NCBI GenBank assembly: GCA_963677435.1
Contig: OY781945.1
Location: 544,001-608,000, forward strand
DNA from: an uncultured Aliarcobacter sp.
GTDB lineage: Bacteria > Campylobacterota > Campylobacteria > Campylobacterales > Arcobacteraceae
Reading direction: 5' to 3'
Length of the DNA stretch: 64,000 nucleotides
Of this stretch, positions 41,631 to 49,684 are shown piece after piece. Under the pieces are notes generated by a model. It made no database searches and was not told the DNA's origin. It worked only from the letters and a program-made list of their open reading frames with translations. A program made the translations under genes and the position numbers. Within the stretch, counting starts at the first letter, position 1. Every line of letters starts with the position of its first letter.

Positions 41631-42869
41631 TTATATAATTTTAGTTGAGCTTTTCATGTTGATGATAAAATAATTTCTGCCACCTTCATATTTATATTCA
41701 AGTTTAAATCCATGTAAATTTACAATTGTTTTTACAATATAAAGACCTAACCCAAAACCATCACTTCTTTTTTCTTCTTGCGAAAAAGCTTCTGTGTAAT
41801 ATGAAAGTTCATGTTTTAGTTGTTCACCTAAAGAGATTATTTCAATTTGTTCTTCATTTGCTTTGATGATAGCTTTTTTATTAGGAGAAAATTTTACTGC
41901 ATTATCAATTAGATTTTTTAAAGCAATTGGCATCATTGAATTATCAACATCAAAATCGAAATCTACAAATTCTACTAATATATGATCATGATTTACCATC
42001 ATAATTTCTACTGTTCTATTAAAAATACTTGAAAAAGATTTCTTTTCTTTATAAATCATTGTATTTTTTGAAGTTAGTTTTTCTACTGTTGCTAACTCTT
42101 TTATAATATCATCCATTCTTTTAAAAGCTCTTTGAAGAGTTTCTCTTGTTTTTTCACTCTCTAGTGTTTCAGCAATAAACATAGCTTTTGTTATTGGAGT
42201 TTTTAACTCATGCATCATATTTCTCATAAATAGATCTTTTGATTTTGATTGATTATTTATAATATTTATAGCTTCATTAAAACTTCGGGCTATTGTTCCC
42301 ACTTCATCTTGACTTGTATAGTTTAGTTTTATATCTTTATTACCATTTGAAAATTCAATTAGTTGTTTATTTAAATGATTAAGAGGTCTTAGTTTTCTTT
42401 TTAAGATTTCATATAAAATTAAAAAAGTCAAAATTGATATTATGAATCCAGCAATTATAAAAGCAATACTATAGTTATGTGCATCTGCATCTTTTAGCAT
42501 TAAATTATAACCGTGTTGTTGTACATAGATGAAATAATTATCATCATATTTATAAACCCTGTAAGTTCCTAAATAATTTTGAGTTATTGTTAGTTCTTGT
42601 GCATTTTTTATAATTTCTAATTTTCGCTCTCTTTCTTCAATAGGTTTTACTTTGAATTTTTTAAAAAGAGTGATAAGTGATTCAGCTGTTGGTTGATTTT
42701 GGAAAGTACTTAAAAAATTTTCAGCGATTAACTCATATCTATTTTGTAAAGATACCTCATGCTTTTGCTGGTCATAGTTTAAAAACATTGCAAATGTTAT
42801 AAAAATAGAGACAAAAGCTAATGAAAATATAATATTTACAAAAGTAGAAATCGAGATATTTTTTATCAT
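41631..42869 (-). CDS. ArsS/CprS-like sensor histidine kinase
   Basis: Two TM segments; HAMP DEVGTIARSFN; RNMMHELKTPITK; KNLIDNAVK; GFGLGLYIV. Confidence 0.9.
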   Translation of the reverse strand: MIKNISISTFVNIIFSLAFVSIFITFAMFLNYDQQKHEVSLQNRYELIAENFLSTFQNQPTAESLITLFKKFKVKPIEERERKLEIIKNAQELTITQNYLGTYRVYKYDDNYFIYVQQHGYNLMLKDADAHNYSIAFIIAGFIISILTFLILYEILKRKLRPLNHLNKQLIEFSNGNKDIKLNYTSQDEVGTIARSFNEAINIINNQSKSKDLFMRNMMHELKTPITKAMFIAETLESEKTRETLQRAFKRMDDIIKELATVEKLTSKNTMIYKEKKSFSSIFNRTVEIMMVNHDHILVEFVDFDFDVDNSMMPIALKNLIDNAVKFSPNKKAIIKANEEQIEIISLGEQLKHELSYYTEAFSQEEKRSDGFGLGLYIVKTIVNLHGFKLEYKYEGGRNYFIINMKSSTKII

Positions 42870-43543
42870 ATTAACTGATATCCAATACCTCTTACTGATT
42901 TTATATGCGTGTTGCTTTCGTCAATTTTTGCTAATTTTGTTCTAATTCTTGAAATTATTACATCAATATTTTTTAATGAAGAATCATCTTCTATATTATC
43001 ACTGGCATAAATAAAATCCTCTCTTGCTACAACCCCATGATTTCTTTGAATTAACAGTTTTAATATGTCATATTCAGCAAGTGTCAATGTTAAAGCAGTA
43101 TTTTTAAATAATATTTGCATATCATCTTCTCTTACTTCAAACAGTGAGTTTTGCTCAGTTTTTTTAGGCTCGTTATTTGTATCAACTCTTTTTAGAATAG
43201 TTTTAATTCTAGCTTGAAGTTCTCTTGGATTGTATGGTTTAGGAAGATAATCATCAGCTCCTCTTTCAAGTCCCATAACTTTGTCCAAAATATCATCACG
43301 AGCTGAGCTAATAATAATTGGAATATCAGATTTTTCTCTTATTTTTGGAATTAATTCTAAACCATCAATTTCAGGAAGAGTTAAATCCAATATAATAAGT
43401 TGATAATCCTTATGAACACTAAGCATTGATAACCCATTATATGGGCTATCAGTGTTTGTTACTTCTATGTCAAACGATTTTAGATAATCGGTGATGATTT
43501 GAGCTAATTCAATATCATCTTCTATCATAAGTACTTTAATAAT
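42866..43543 (-). CDS. CprR-like OmpR-family response regulator; probable ATT (AUU) start at 43543
   Basis: Extending 5 codons past ATG 43528 restores (M)IKVLMIEDD; AAGGA lies 6 nt upstream of the ATT; LDLTLPEIDG, GADDYLPKPY, VRGIGY. Confidence 0.88.
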   Translation of the reverse strand: MIKVLMIEDDIELAQIITDYLKSFDIEVTNTDSPYNGLSMLSVHKDYQLIILDLTLPEIDGLELIPKIREKSDIPIIISSARDDILDKVMGLERGADDYLPKPYNPRELQARIKTILKRVDTNNEPKKTEQNSLFEVREDDMQILFKNTALTLTLAEYDILKLLIQRNHGVVAREDFIYASDNIEDDSSLKNIDVIISRIRTKLAKIDESNTHIKSVRGIGYQLI

Positions 43544-43556
43544 TTGTTATCCTTTT

Positions 43557-44990
43557 TTATTGAATGATAAATAAAATAGTTTGGCCATATCTATTTACAT
43601 ACACTCTTTTGTATTTATTTGGATATTTCTTCAATGCAGCTTCAATATTTGCAAAGTTTTTTATCTCAACATCTTCTATTTGAATAATAATATCTCCTGC
43701 TTGAAAACCAGCTTTTTCAGCTTTTGATTTTACTTCAACATCTGTAATTAATATTCCATTTGTATCTGCTGCTAATCTATATTGTTTTTGCATTTCTGCA
43801 TCTATTGTACTTAGTTTTAATCCTCCAAGAAAAATATTATTATTTATTTGAGCAGGAGTAGTTGTATCTAGTAAAGTAGTTCTATCTCCTAAAACAATAT
43901 TTAAATCAATATCTTTTCCATCTCTTTCAACTTGGATTTTAACTTTTTCATCTGGTTTGAAAGATGCAATAATATTTTGTAAAGAAGTTTTATCTTTAAC
44001 TAATTTACCACTTATTGCGTAAATTAAGTCACCTCTTTTTAATCCACCTTTAGCTGCTGGTGTATCTGCTGAAATATCTAAAACTAAGGCACCTTCTTGT
44101 CGTTTATAAACTTTTGAAGAGTCATTATCTAAATCAGCAATAGCAACACCTAGGTAACCCCTTGTTACTTTACCATCTTCAACTAATTTTTGTACAACAT
44201 CTTTTACCATAGCAACAGGAATTGCAAAACCAATTCCATTATTTCCACCACTCTTTGTAATTATCGCTGTATTAATACCAATTAATGCTCCCCTTGAATC
44301 AACTAATGCACCACCAGAATTTCCAGGATTTATAGAAGCATCTGTTTGAATATAGTTTTCGTATCTATTTATTCCAACTTTATTTTTATTTAAAGCTGAA
44401 ATAATACCTTGAGTTACAGTGCTTCCTATCCCAAATGGATTACCAATAGCAAAAATAACATCTCCAACTAATAAAGAGTTAGAATCTGCTATTTTTATAG
44501 GGTTAAGTGGTGCTTTTGAATCGATTTTTATAACTGCAATATCACTGTCAGCATCACGGCCTACAAGTTTTGCATTATATTCTGTAGTTTCATCGCCAAT
44601 TGTTACAGTAATCTCTTCTGCATTTTCAATAACATGGTTATTTGTTACAATATATCCATCTTTTGAAATTATTACACCAGAACCTAAAGATCTTTGAATT
44701 TTATTTTGTTTAAGTTGCGCTCCAAATTGGTCGCCAAAAAATCTTTTGAAAAATGGATCGTTGAACATTTGCAAAGGAAGATTATCTATACCTTCATTCA
44801 CATGTCTTTTTGCAGAAATATTAACAATTGAATGAACAGAATTTTTAATACTATTGTTGAAAGATAAAATTTCATTTGCTGAATTTGGCGATGTTCTTGT
44901 AGGATTTGAGTCCATTACTTCAAAGTCAATTGTTTTTGCAAACAATTGAGTTGCAATTAATGTTGAAATGATTAGAAGTTTTTTCTTCAC
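43557..44990 (-). CDS. htrA: Periplasmic serine protease HtrA/DegP (protease plus two PDZ domains)
   Basis: SLGSGVII, TNNHV, DSDIAV, QTDASINPGNSGGAL; GTG start. Confidence 0.95.
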   Translation of the reverse strand: MKKKLLIISTLIATQLFAKTIDFEVMDSNPTRTSPNSANEILSFNNSIKNSVHSIVNISAKRHVNEGIDNLPLQMFNDPFFKRFFGDQFGAQLKQNKIQRSLGSGVIISKDGYIVTNNHVIENAEEITVTIGDETTEYNAKLVGRDADSDIAVIKIDSKAPLNPIKIADSNSLLVGDVIFAIGNPFGIGSTVTQGIISALNKNKVGINRYENYIQTDASINPGNSGGALVDSRGALIGINTAIITKSGGNNGIGFAIPVAMVKDVVQKLVEDGKVTRGYLGVAIADLDNDSSKVYKRQEGALVLDISADTPAAKGGLKRGDLIYAISGKLVKDKTSLQNIIASFKPDEKVKIQVERDGKDIDLNIVLGDRTTLLDTTTPAQINNNIFLGGLKLSTIDAEMQKQYRLAADTNGILITDVEVKSKAEKAGFQAGDIIIQIEDVEIKNFANIEAALKKYPNKYKRVYVNRYGQTILFIIQ

Positions 44991-45061
44991 TTTGTATATC
45001 CTCTTTTTATTTTTTTATAGTGACATTATGAAGTATAAGTGTAAACTGTTTTTCAATCAAA

Positions 45062-45081
45062 GGTTAATGCTTGGTTAATGC
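45062..45081 (-). promoter_or_regulatory. Tandem direct repeat upstream of htrA; candidate OmpR-family binding site
   Basis: GGTTAATGC at 45062-45070 and 45073-45081 (11-bp period); minus-strand CATAAT -10 candidate at 45025-45030. Confidence 0.45.
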
Positions 45082-45082
45082 C

Positions 45083-45108
45083 CTAACTAAGGCTCTTGCC
45101 CTAGTTAG
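45083..45108 (-). terminator. Hairpin after ilvD (possible terminator)
   Basis: CTAACTA(A)GGC-tctt-GCC(C)TAGTTAG just beyond the ilvD stop; no clear U-tract. Confidence 0.4.
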
Positions 45109-45114
45109 TTTTGA

Positions 45115-46803
45115 TTATAAGTCAGTTTTTAAAACAGCTCCACTACTTGCGTTTGTAACAAGTGCTCTATATTGTCCTAACCAAGAAGAGTTAAGAGGTT
45201 TTTTTAAAGGTACAAATTTAGCTTTTCTTGCTGCTATTTCTTCGTCAGTTAAATTAACAGATAAGATATATTGGTCAACATCAATATGAATTTCATCACC
45301 ATCTTCTAATAGTCCGATCATTCCACCTTCTGCTGCTTCTGGTGATACATGGCCAATTGAAGCTCCTCTTGTTGCTCCAGAGAATCTTCCATCAGTGATT
45401 AAAGCAACTTTATCACCAAGTCCCATTCCCATGATTAGTGAAGTTGGTGCTAACATTTCTTGCATTCCAGGACCACCTTTTGGACCTTCGTATCTGATAA
45501 CTACAACATCCCCAGCTTTTACTTTTCCGCTTACAATTCCTTTGATAGCTTCTGGTTGTCCATCAAAACAAACAGCTTTTCCAGTAAGCTTTCTAGCCCC
45601 TGTAATTCCAGCAGTTTTAATAACAGCACCTTGTTCAGCTAAGTTACCATAAAGAATCGCTAATCCACCAACTTGCGAATATGGATTATCAATAGTGTGA
45701 ATAATATTTGTATCTTTGATATAAGCATCTTTGATTTTTTCTAATATAGTTTCTCCAGAGATTGTAAGGTTTTCTAATAAAATATCATCACCTCTTTTTG
45801 TCATCTCTTTCATAACTGCATTTACTCCACCAGCTTTATTAATATCTTCCATGTGAACAGTTGATAAAGATGGAGAAATTTTTGCAATATGTGAAACTCT
45901 TTTAGAAATTTTATTGATATCTTCAAGGTTAAAATTAACTTTCGCTTCTTTTGCAATTGCTAGCATATGTAATACAGTGTTTGAACTTCCACCCATTGCC
46001 ATATCAACAGCAAAAGCATTTCTAACCGCATTTTCATTTAAAATATTTGTTAATTTATATTTTTCTCTAGCTTGTTCATCAAGTGCAATTTCACAAATTC
46101 TTCTAGCAGCAGCTCTATATAATTCTTCTCTTTCAGGTGTTAAAGCTAAAATAGTTCCATTTCCAGGAAGTGCAATTCCCATAGCTTCCATAAGTGTATT
46201 CATAGAGTTTGCTGTAAACATTCCTGAACATGAACCACCACTTGGACATGCATTACACTCAATATCTTTTAACTCTTCATCACTCATTTGTCCAGCTTCA
46301 TGTTTTCCAACAGCTTCAAATGCAGTTGCTAGGTCAATAGGAGTTCCATCTTTAGTGTAGCCTTTTTCCATTGGTCCACCAGAAACAAAGATTGTTGGAA
46401 CATTAACCCTTAAAGCTCCCATAATCATACCTGGAACAATTTTGTCACAGTTAGGAATAGCAATCATTGCATCAAGTTTATGTGCATTCATAACTGTTTC
46501 AATAGAGTTTGCAATTAATTCTCTTGAAGGTAATGAAAATAACATACCATCATGTCCCATTGCAATTCCATCATCAACACCAATAGTATTGAATTCAAAT
46601 GGAACACAACCATTTGCTTTAATCTCTTCTTTTATTATGGCACTTACTTTATCTAAGAAAAAGTGTCCAGGTATTAATTCAATAAAAGAGTTTGCAACAC
46701 CAATAAATGGCTTATCAAAATCTTCATCTTTTAATCCTGTTGCTCTTAGTAAAGACCTATGTGGCGTTCTATCAAAACCTTTTTTTACTTCATCACTTCT
46801 CAA
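45115..46803 (-). CDS. ilvD: Dihydroxy-acid dehydratase
   Basis: [58 protein letters not shown] start. Confidence 0.97.
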   Translation of the reverse strand: MRSDEVKKGFDRTPHRSLLRATGLKDEDFDKPFIGVANSFIELIPGHFFLDKVSAIIKEEIKANGCVPFEFNTIGVDDGIAMGHDGMLFSLPSRELIANSIETVMNAHKLDAMIAIPNCDKIVPGMIMGALRVNVPTIFVSGGPMEKGYTKDGTPIDLATAFEAVGKHEAGQMSDEELKDIECNACPSGGSCSGMFTANSMNTLMEAMGIALPGNGTILALTPEREELYRAAARRICEIALDEQAREKYKLTNILNENAVRNAFAVDMAMGGSSNTVLHMLAIAKEAKVNFNLEDINKISKRVSHIAKISPSLSTVHMEDINKAGGVNAVMKEMTKRGDDILLENLTISGETILEKIKDAYIKDTNIIHTIDNPYSQVGGLAILYGNLAEQGAVIKTAGITGARKLTGKAVCFDGQPEAIKGIVSGKVKAGDVVVIRYEGPKGGPGMQEMLAPTSLIMGMGLGDKVALITDGRFSGATRGASIGHVSPEAAEGGMIGLLEDGDEIHIDVDQYILSVNLTDEEIAARKAKFVPLKKPLNSSWLGQYRALVTNASSGAVLKTDL

Positions 46804-46916
46804 TTTTAATCCTTTAAATATGCATAAAATATATGGCTAGATTATACATTTATTGCAGTTCAATTTTAATTAAATATTTGATTTTATTGAAATTTCAAAA
46901 CTTTTTAGAAAAAGTC

Positions 46917-46945
46917 TTGACAAATAAAAAAAAAGCTATTATAAT
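46917..46945 (+). promoter_or_regulatory. Consensus sigma70 promoter of the tRNA operon
   Basis: TTGACA (46917-46922), 17-nt spacer, TATAAT (46940-46945). Confidence 0.8.
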
Positions 46946-46993
46946 TCCAGTCCAATTTAAGTAGAACATACATTAAATTGACTTACTAAGTGT

Positions 46994-47080
46994 GCGAGTG
47001 TGGCGGAACAGGTAGACGCGTTGGACTTAAAATCCAATTCCGGTTTCGGAGTATCGGTTCGATTCCGATCATTCGCACCA
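46994..47080 (+). tRNA. tRNA-Leu (anticodon TAA)
   Basis: Acceptor GCGAGTG/CATTCGC-A-CCA; anticodon arm TTGGA-CTTAAAA-TCCAA; long variable arm; GTTCGATTC T-loop. Confidence 0.93.
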
Positions 47081-47089
47081 TTATAATGT

Positions 47090-47178
47090 AGAGGGTTGAC
47101 AGAGTTGGTCTATCGTACCGGTTTTGAAAACCGGCGAGGTGAAAGCCTCCGAGGGTTCGAATCCCTTGCCCTCTGCCA
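47090..47178 (+). tRNA. tRNA-Ser (anticodon TGA)
   Basis: Acceptor AGAGGGT/GCCCTCT-G-CCA; CCGGT-TTTGAAA-ACCGG; variable arm GAGGT-GAAA-GCCTC; GTTCGAATC. Confidence 0.93.
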
Positions 47179-47244
47179 TTATTCAAAAATCATCTAAACT
47201 TTTTCAATTTTAAATGATTTAAAAATATACTATACATTTCTGTT

Positions 47245-47320
47245 GGAGGTATAGCAAAGCTGGTAATGCCTCGGATTGCAAATCCGACATGCGTTGGTTC
47301 GAGTCCGACTACCTCCTCCA
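47245..47320 (+). tRNA. tRNA-Cys (anticodon GCA)
   Basis: Acceptor GGAGGTA/TACCTCC-T-CCA; TCGGA-TTGCAAA-TCCGA; GTTCGAGTC. Confidence 0.93.
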
Positions 47321-47480
47321 CTTTTCCTATCCAAATAATCATTTTAAAAACAATCATTTTTTTCACAATTTAGACTAATTTTTGACTGGATTTTGTCATG
47401 ACAGAATGACAAGACTTTTAACTTTATATGTACCAGTTATTATAATCGGCGAGTTATAATACAACTTATTTTTTTTAAAT

Positions 47481-47568
47481 AGACAATTGGGAGAGCGGTT
47501 TAATCCACTATCTTGGAATGATAGAGTAGAGAAATCTACCGTTGGTTCAAATCCGACATTGTCTGCCA
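47481..47568 (+). tRNA. tRNA-Ser (anticodon GGA)
   Basis: Acceptor AGACAAT/ATTGTCT-G-CCA; CTATC-TTGGAAT-GATAG; variable arm GTAGA-GAAA-TCTAC; GTTCAAATC. Confidence 0.9.
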
Positions 47569-47681
47569 ATTAATATCTATTTATCTACTGAGATTAATAG
47601 TTATAAAAGTGATACTCTCATACTTTTGGATTACACTGAACTTTAAAAAAACTTCAATTTTTTTATTCCAAATTTTCTTAA

Positions 47682-47766
47682 AGGTTGTGGAACTTTGTCA
47701 TTTTAACTTTTTGAACACTTTATATAACACTGAAAACTAATCTGAGTGCTTCGTGTTCCAAAACCT
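47682..47766. repeat. AGGTTTTGGAAC-like boxes (inverted pair), with a related direct copy at 49354
   Basis: AGGTTGTGGAAC (47682-47693) and GTTCCAAAACCT (47755-47766) form an inverted repeat with 1 mismatch; a related TTTTGAACAC lies between them. Confidence 0.55.
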
Positions 47767-47778
47767 AGAGGTTTAGCA

Positions 47779-47833
47779 ACTTAACGTTTATCTTCAGTGA
47801 CATGTTAGTGTTCACTGCTAGTACTTGTTATGG
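47779..47833 (-). other. Integron-type attC recombination site (55 bp)
   Basis: Minus strand: R'' CCATAAC, 5 nt, L'' CTAGCAGT, inner stem-loop GAACACTAACATGTC, L' ACTGAAG, 6 nt, R' GTTAAGT; starts 1 nt after a stop codon. Confidence 0.7.
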
Positions 47834-47834
47834 A

Positions 47835-47927
47835 TTAAATATTATTTATAAACTTCATATATTCCTCTTGTGGTTCTAAAAATAAATTATTAAATTCTTG
47901 ATTGTCTATATTATGATGTTTAATCAT
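47835..47927 (-). CDS. 30-aa ORF or internally deleted gene remnant directly upstream of the attC site
   Basis: MIKHHNIDNQEFNNLFLEPQEEYMKFINNI*; its ATG lies 1 nt after the SMI1/KNR4 stop and its TAA 1 nt before R''. Confidence 0.35.
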   Translation of the reverse strand: MIKHHNIDNQEFNNLFLEPQEEYMKFINNI

Positions 47928-47928
47928 T

Positions 47929-48350
47929 CTATTTAGCTTGAAACTCTATATTTTCTTCCTCTAAAAAATCTTCTGGAAAAGCATCTGTTTGAATTTCATT
48001 TTTAACTAACTTTTCTAAAAAAGTACTCATATTCATTTCAAAAACATCTTCTTTATTGTAATCATTATCATATATCCCTACTTTCCAATTATTTGGATTT
48101 TTATTTTTTTCATAAATCCAAAACAAGTAGTCTCCATTATCAGTAGCCCCCAAATAATTAGTGAATGGTTCTCAGGAAAAGGAGGTCTAAGATAATTTTC
48201 AGGAAAATCTTTTTTTAATTCATTATAAGCCCAATGAAAAAACTTCATATCATCTAAAAGATTCCCATTTTTTGAGAATGGATTTAAAACCCATAAAAAA
48301 TTTCCTATACGACCCATTCCATATCTTATAATAAATTCTTTATAATCATT
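47929..48350 (-). pseudogene. SMI1/KNR4 (SUKH)-family immunity gene, 5'-truncated and frameshifted
   Basis: NDYKEFIIRYGMG...FLWVLNP...IIWG/ATDNGDYLFW...MSTFLEKL; a G5 run at 48147-48151 needs G6 to join the two track ORFs; homology stops at a GGGGTCAGG junction. Confidence 0.78.
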
Positions 48351-48430
48351 AGTATCGTTATCACCTGACCCCTTTTTTCTATCTAAATCTCAATATAATA
48401 CAACAATTCTAGAATTTAAGAAGGAATAAT

Positions 48431-48700
48431 ATGAAGTTTACAGATTTAATTGTAGATAAAAAGAATTTTTTTTCAATGGGAAAAGAAGATAATAGTGGGA
48501 AATACTATTTATCAATACCTGTTTCTAACAGAATGATAGATTATGAGGAATATTATTGGATTACAAAGGATTTTTTTGATAAATATAATGCTGATAAGGA
48601 TTTAGTTTTAAAATTTGTTGAAGAGTGTAGAGAGTATGAACATGATGAACTTTTAGTTTTTAAACCAGGTGAGAATAGAGGTGTTGCTAAAAAATGTTAA
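48431..48700 (+). CDS. Putative polymorphic-toxin immunity-like protein (89 aa)
   Basis: AAGGA RBS; FSMG...GKYYLSIPVSN..IDYEEYY...CR..EHD..L..KPG..RG pattern, recalled from small proteins in Rhs/CDI-type loci (not searched). Confidence 0.55.
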   Translation: MKFTDLIVDKKNFFSMGKEDNSGKYYLSIPVSNRMIDYEEYYWITKDFFDKYNADKDLVLKFVEECREYEHDELLVFKPGENRGVAKKC

Positions 48701-48783
48701 GAAAAATTGGTCTACCAAATAATAAGATACAAGAACTTATAGAATTAAATAAACAAAAGTATGGATTTAAAAAAGGAGAATAG
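48694..48783 (+). pseudogene. Probable C-terminal stub of a toxin gene
   Basis: MLRKIGLPNNKIQELIELNKQKYGFKKGE*, ending 5 nt before the next ATG; resembles LRxxxxPNxxxQELIxLNK tails of nuclease-type toxin tips (from memory). Confidence 0.4.
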
Positions 48784-48788
48784 GTAAT

Positions 48789-49229
48789 ATGAAGGAAAGA
48801 TCATATGAGGAAATATTAAAGTTTTTTCAAGAAGTTTTAAAGATTGAAATTGATGGTGGAGTAAGGATTTTAAATAAAGAAATACTAGGTGCTAAGAATA
48901 ATGATAAGCCATTTCAGGCATTAAAAAAATGGGATAATCAACAATATGATGATTTATTAAAAATTTCTCAAATGGATGAAGAGAATATTAACTTAATAAA
49001 ACGAATAATACAAGATAGTGTATCAACTGCTTTTCTATACTTTTTTAAACGATTAGAAGAAGGAGAAAATATAGAAATAGGAGAGCGAATAAATTTTGAA
49101 CTTACGGCAGTTAATGAAGAAACAGGACAAAAAACAAAACTTATAAGTGCAACACCAGATGAAGATGGTATAGATAATAAATTTCAAGAATGGATAATGG
49201 ATAATTGTAGTAAATTTCCAATTAAGTAA
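48789..49229 (+). CDS. Acidic hypothetical protein, putative immunity protein (146 aa)
   Basis: AGGAG RBS; intact ORF following a toxin-like stub inside the island. Confidence 0.6.
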   Translation: MKERSYEEILKFFQEVLKIEIDGGVRILNKEILGAKNNDKPFQALKKWDNQQYDDLLKISQMDEENINLIKRIIQDSVSTAFLYFFKRLEEGENIEIGERINFELTAVNEETGQKTKLISATPDEDGIDNKFQEWIMDNCSKFPIK

Positions 49230-49353
49230 AATGGAACTGACATCTTTTTACTTATTATGATAAAACAACATTAAAAGAGAAACTAGGTGATGATAATTAC
49301 AGATACCTATGGAAGTGTAGTAAAAGCAAGTTATAACCTAACAACAAATCCAT

Positions 49354-49377
49354 AGATTTTGGAACTTTTTCGATTTT
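49354..49377 (+). repeat. Direct imperfect copy of the 47682-47704 box
   Basis: AGATTTTGGAACTTTTTCGATTTT versus AGGTTGTGGAACTTTGTC-ATTTT. Confidence 0.5.
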
Positions 49378-49555
49378 TTCTCTGCCTAAAAAATGTCTTA
49401 ATTTATGATTCTGTTAAGATTTTTTGAGTAATTTTATAAAAATATCACCCAAACCCGCCCATAAAAATAACGGGTGGGAACGAGTTGATTTTTTGCTAAA
49501 AAAAAGAGTACAGAAAACAAATCATCTTCCCTTTATAATTTATGCAGTTAAACTC

Positions 49556-49684
49556 TCAAGTTGTATTTTTTGCATTCCCAAACTGAAGATAAAATCAATC
49601 TGTGGTACTTGAAATACTATGACCTAATCATTTTGATACAGTTGATATTGGTATCTTATTCTCAACTGCAACACTTGCTAAAGA
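49556..49684 (-). pseudogene. Tyrosine recombinase (phage-type integrase) C-terminal remnant
   Basis: Minus frame reads SLASVAVENKIPISTVSK*LGHSISSTTD*FYLQFG, i.e. box II LGH plus the catalytic Tyr region; in-frame TGA at 49628-49630 and 49595-49597. Confidence 0.72.

Noticed and set aside
46986..47186. 66-aa minus-strand ORF in the track
   Set aside because: It is the antisense of tRNA-Leu and tRNA-Ser.
49336..49365. ACCTAAC after a stop codon, as a possible second attC R'' box
   Set aside because: No matching L''/L'/R' boxes follow; at most a truncated site.
49424..49612. 62-aa plus-strand ORF
   Set aside because: TTG start with no RBS and no recognisable motif; it crosses a GC hairpin and overlaps the integrase remnant on the opposite strand.
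49595..49630. In-frame TGA codons read as selenocysteine or an alternative genetic code
   Set aside because: TGA is a normal stop elsewhere in the window and the integrase lacks its 5' part, so decay is the simpler explanation.
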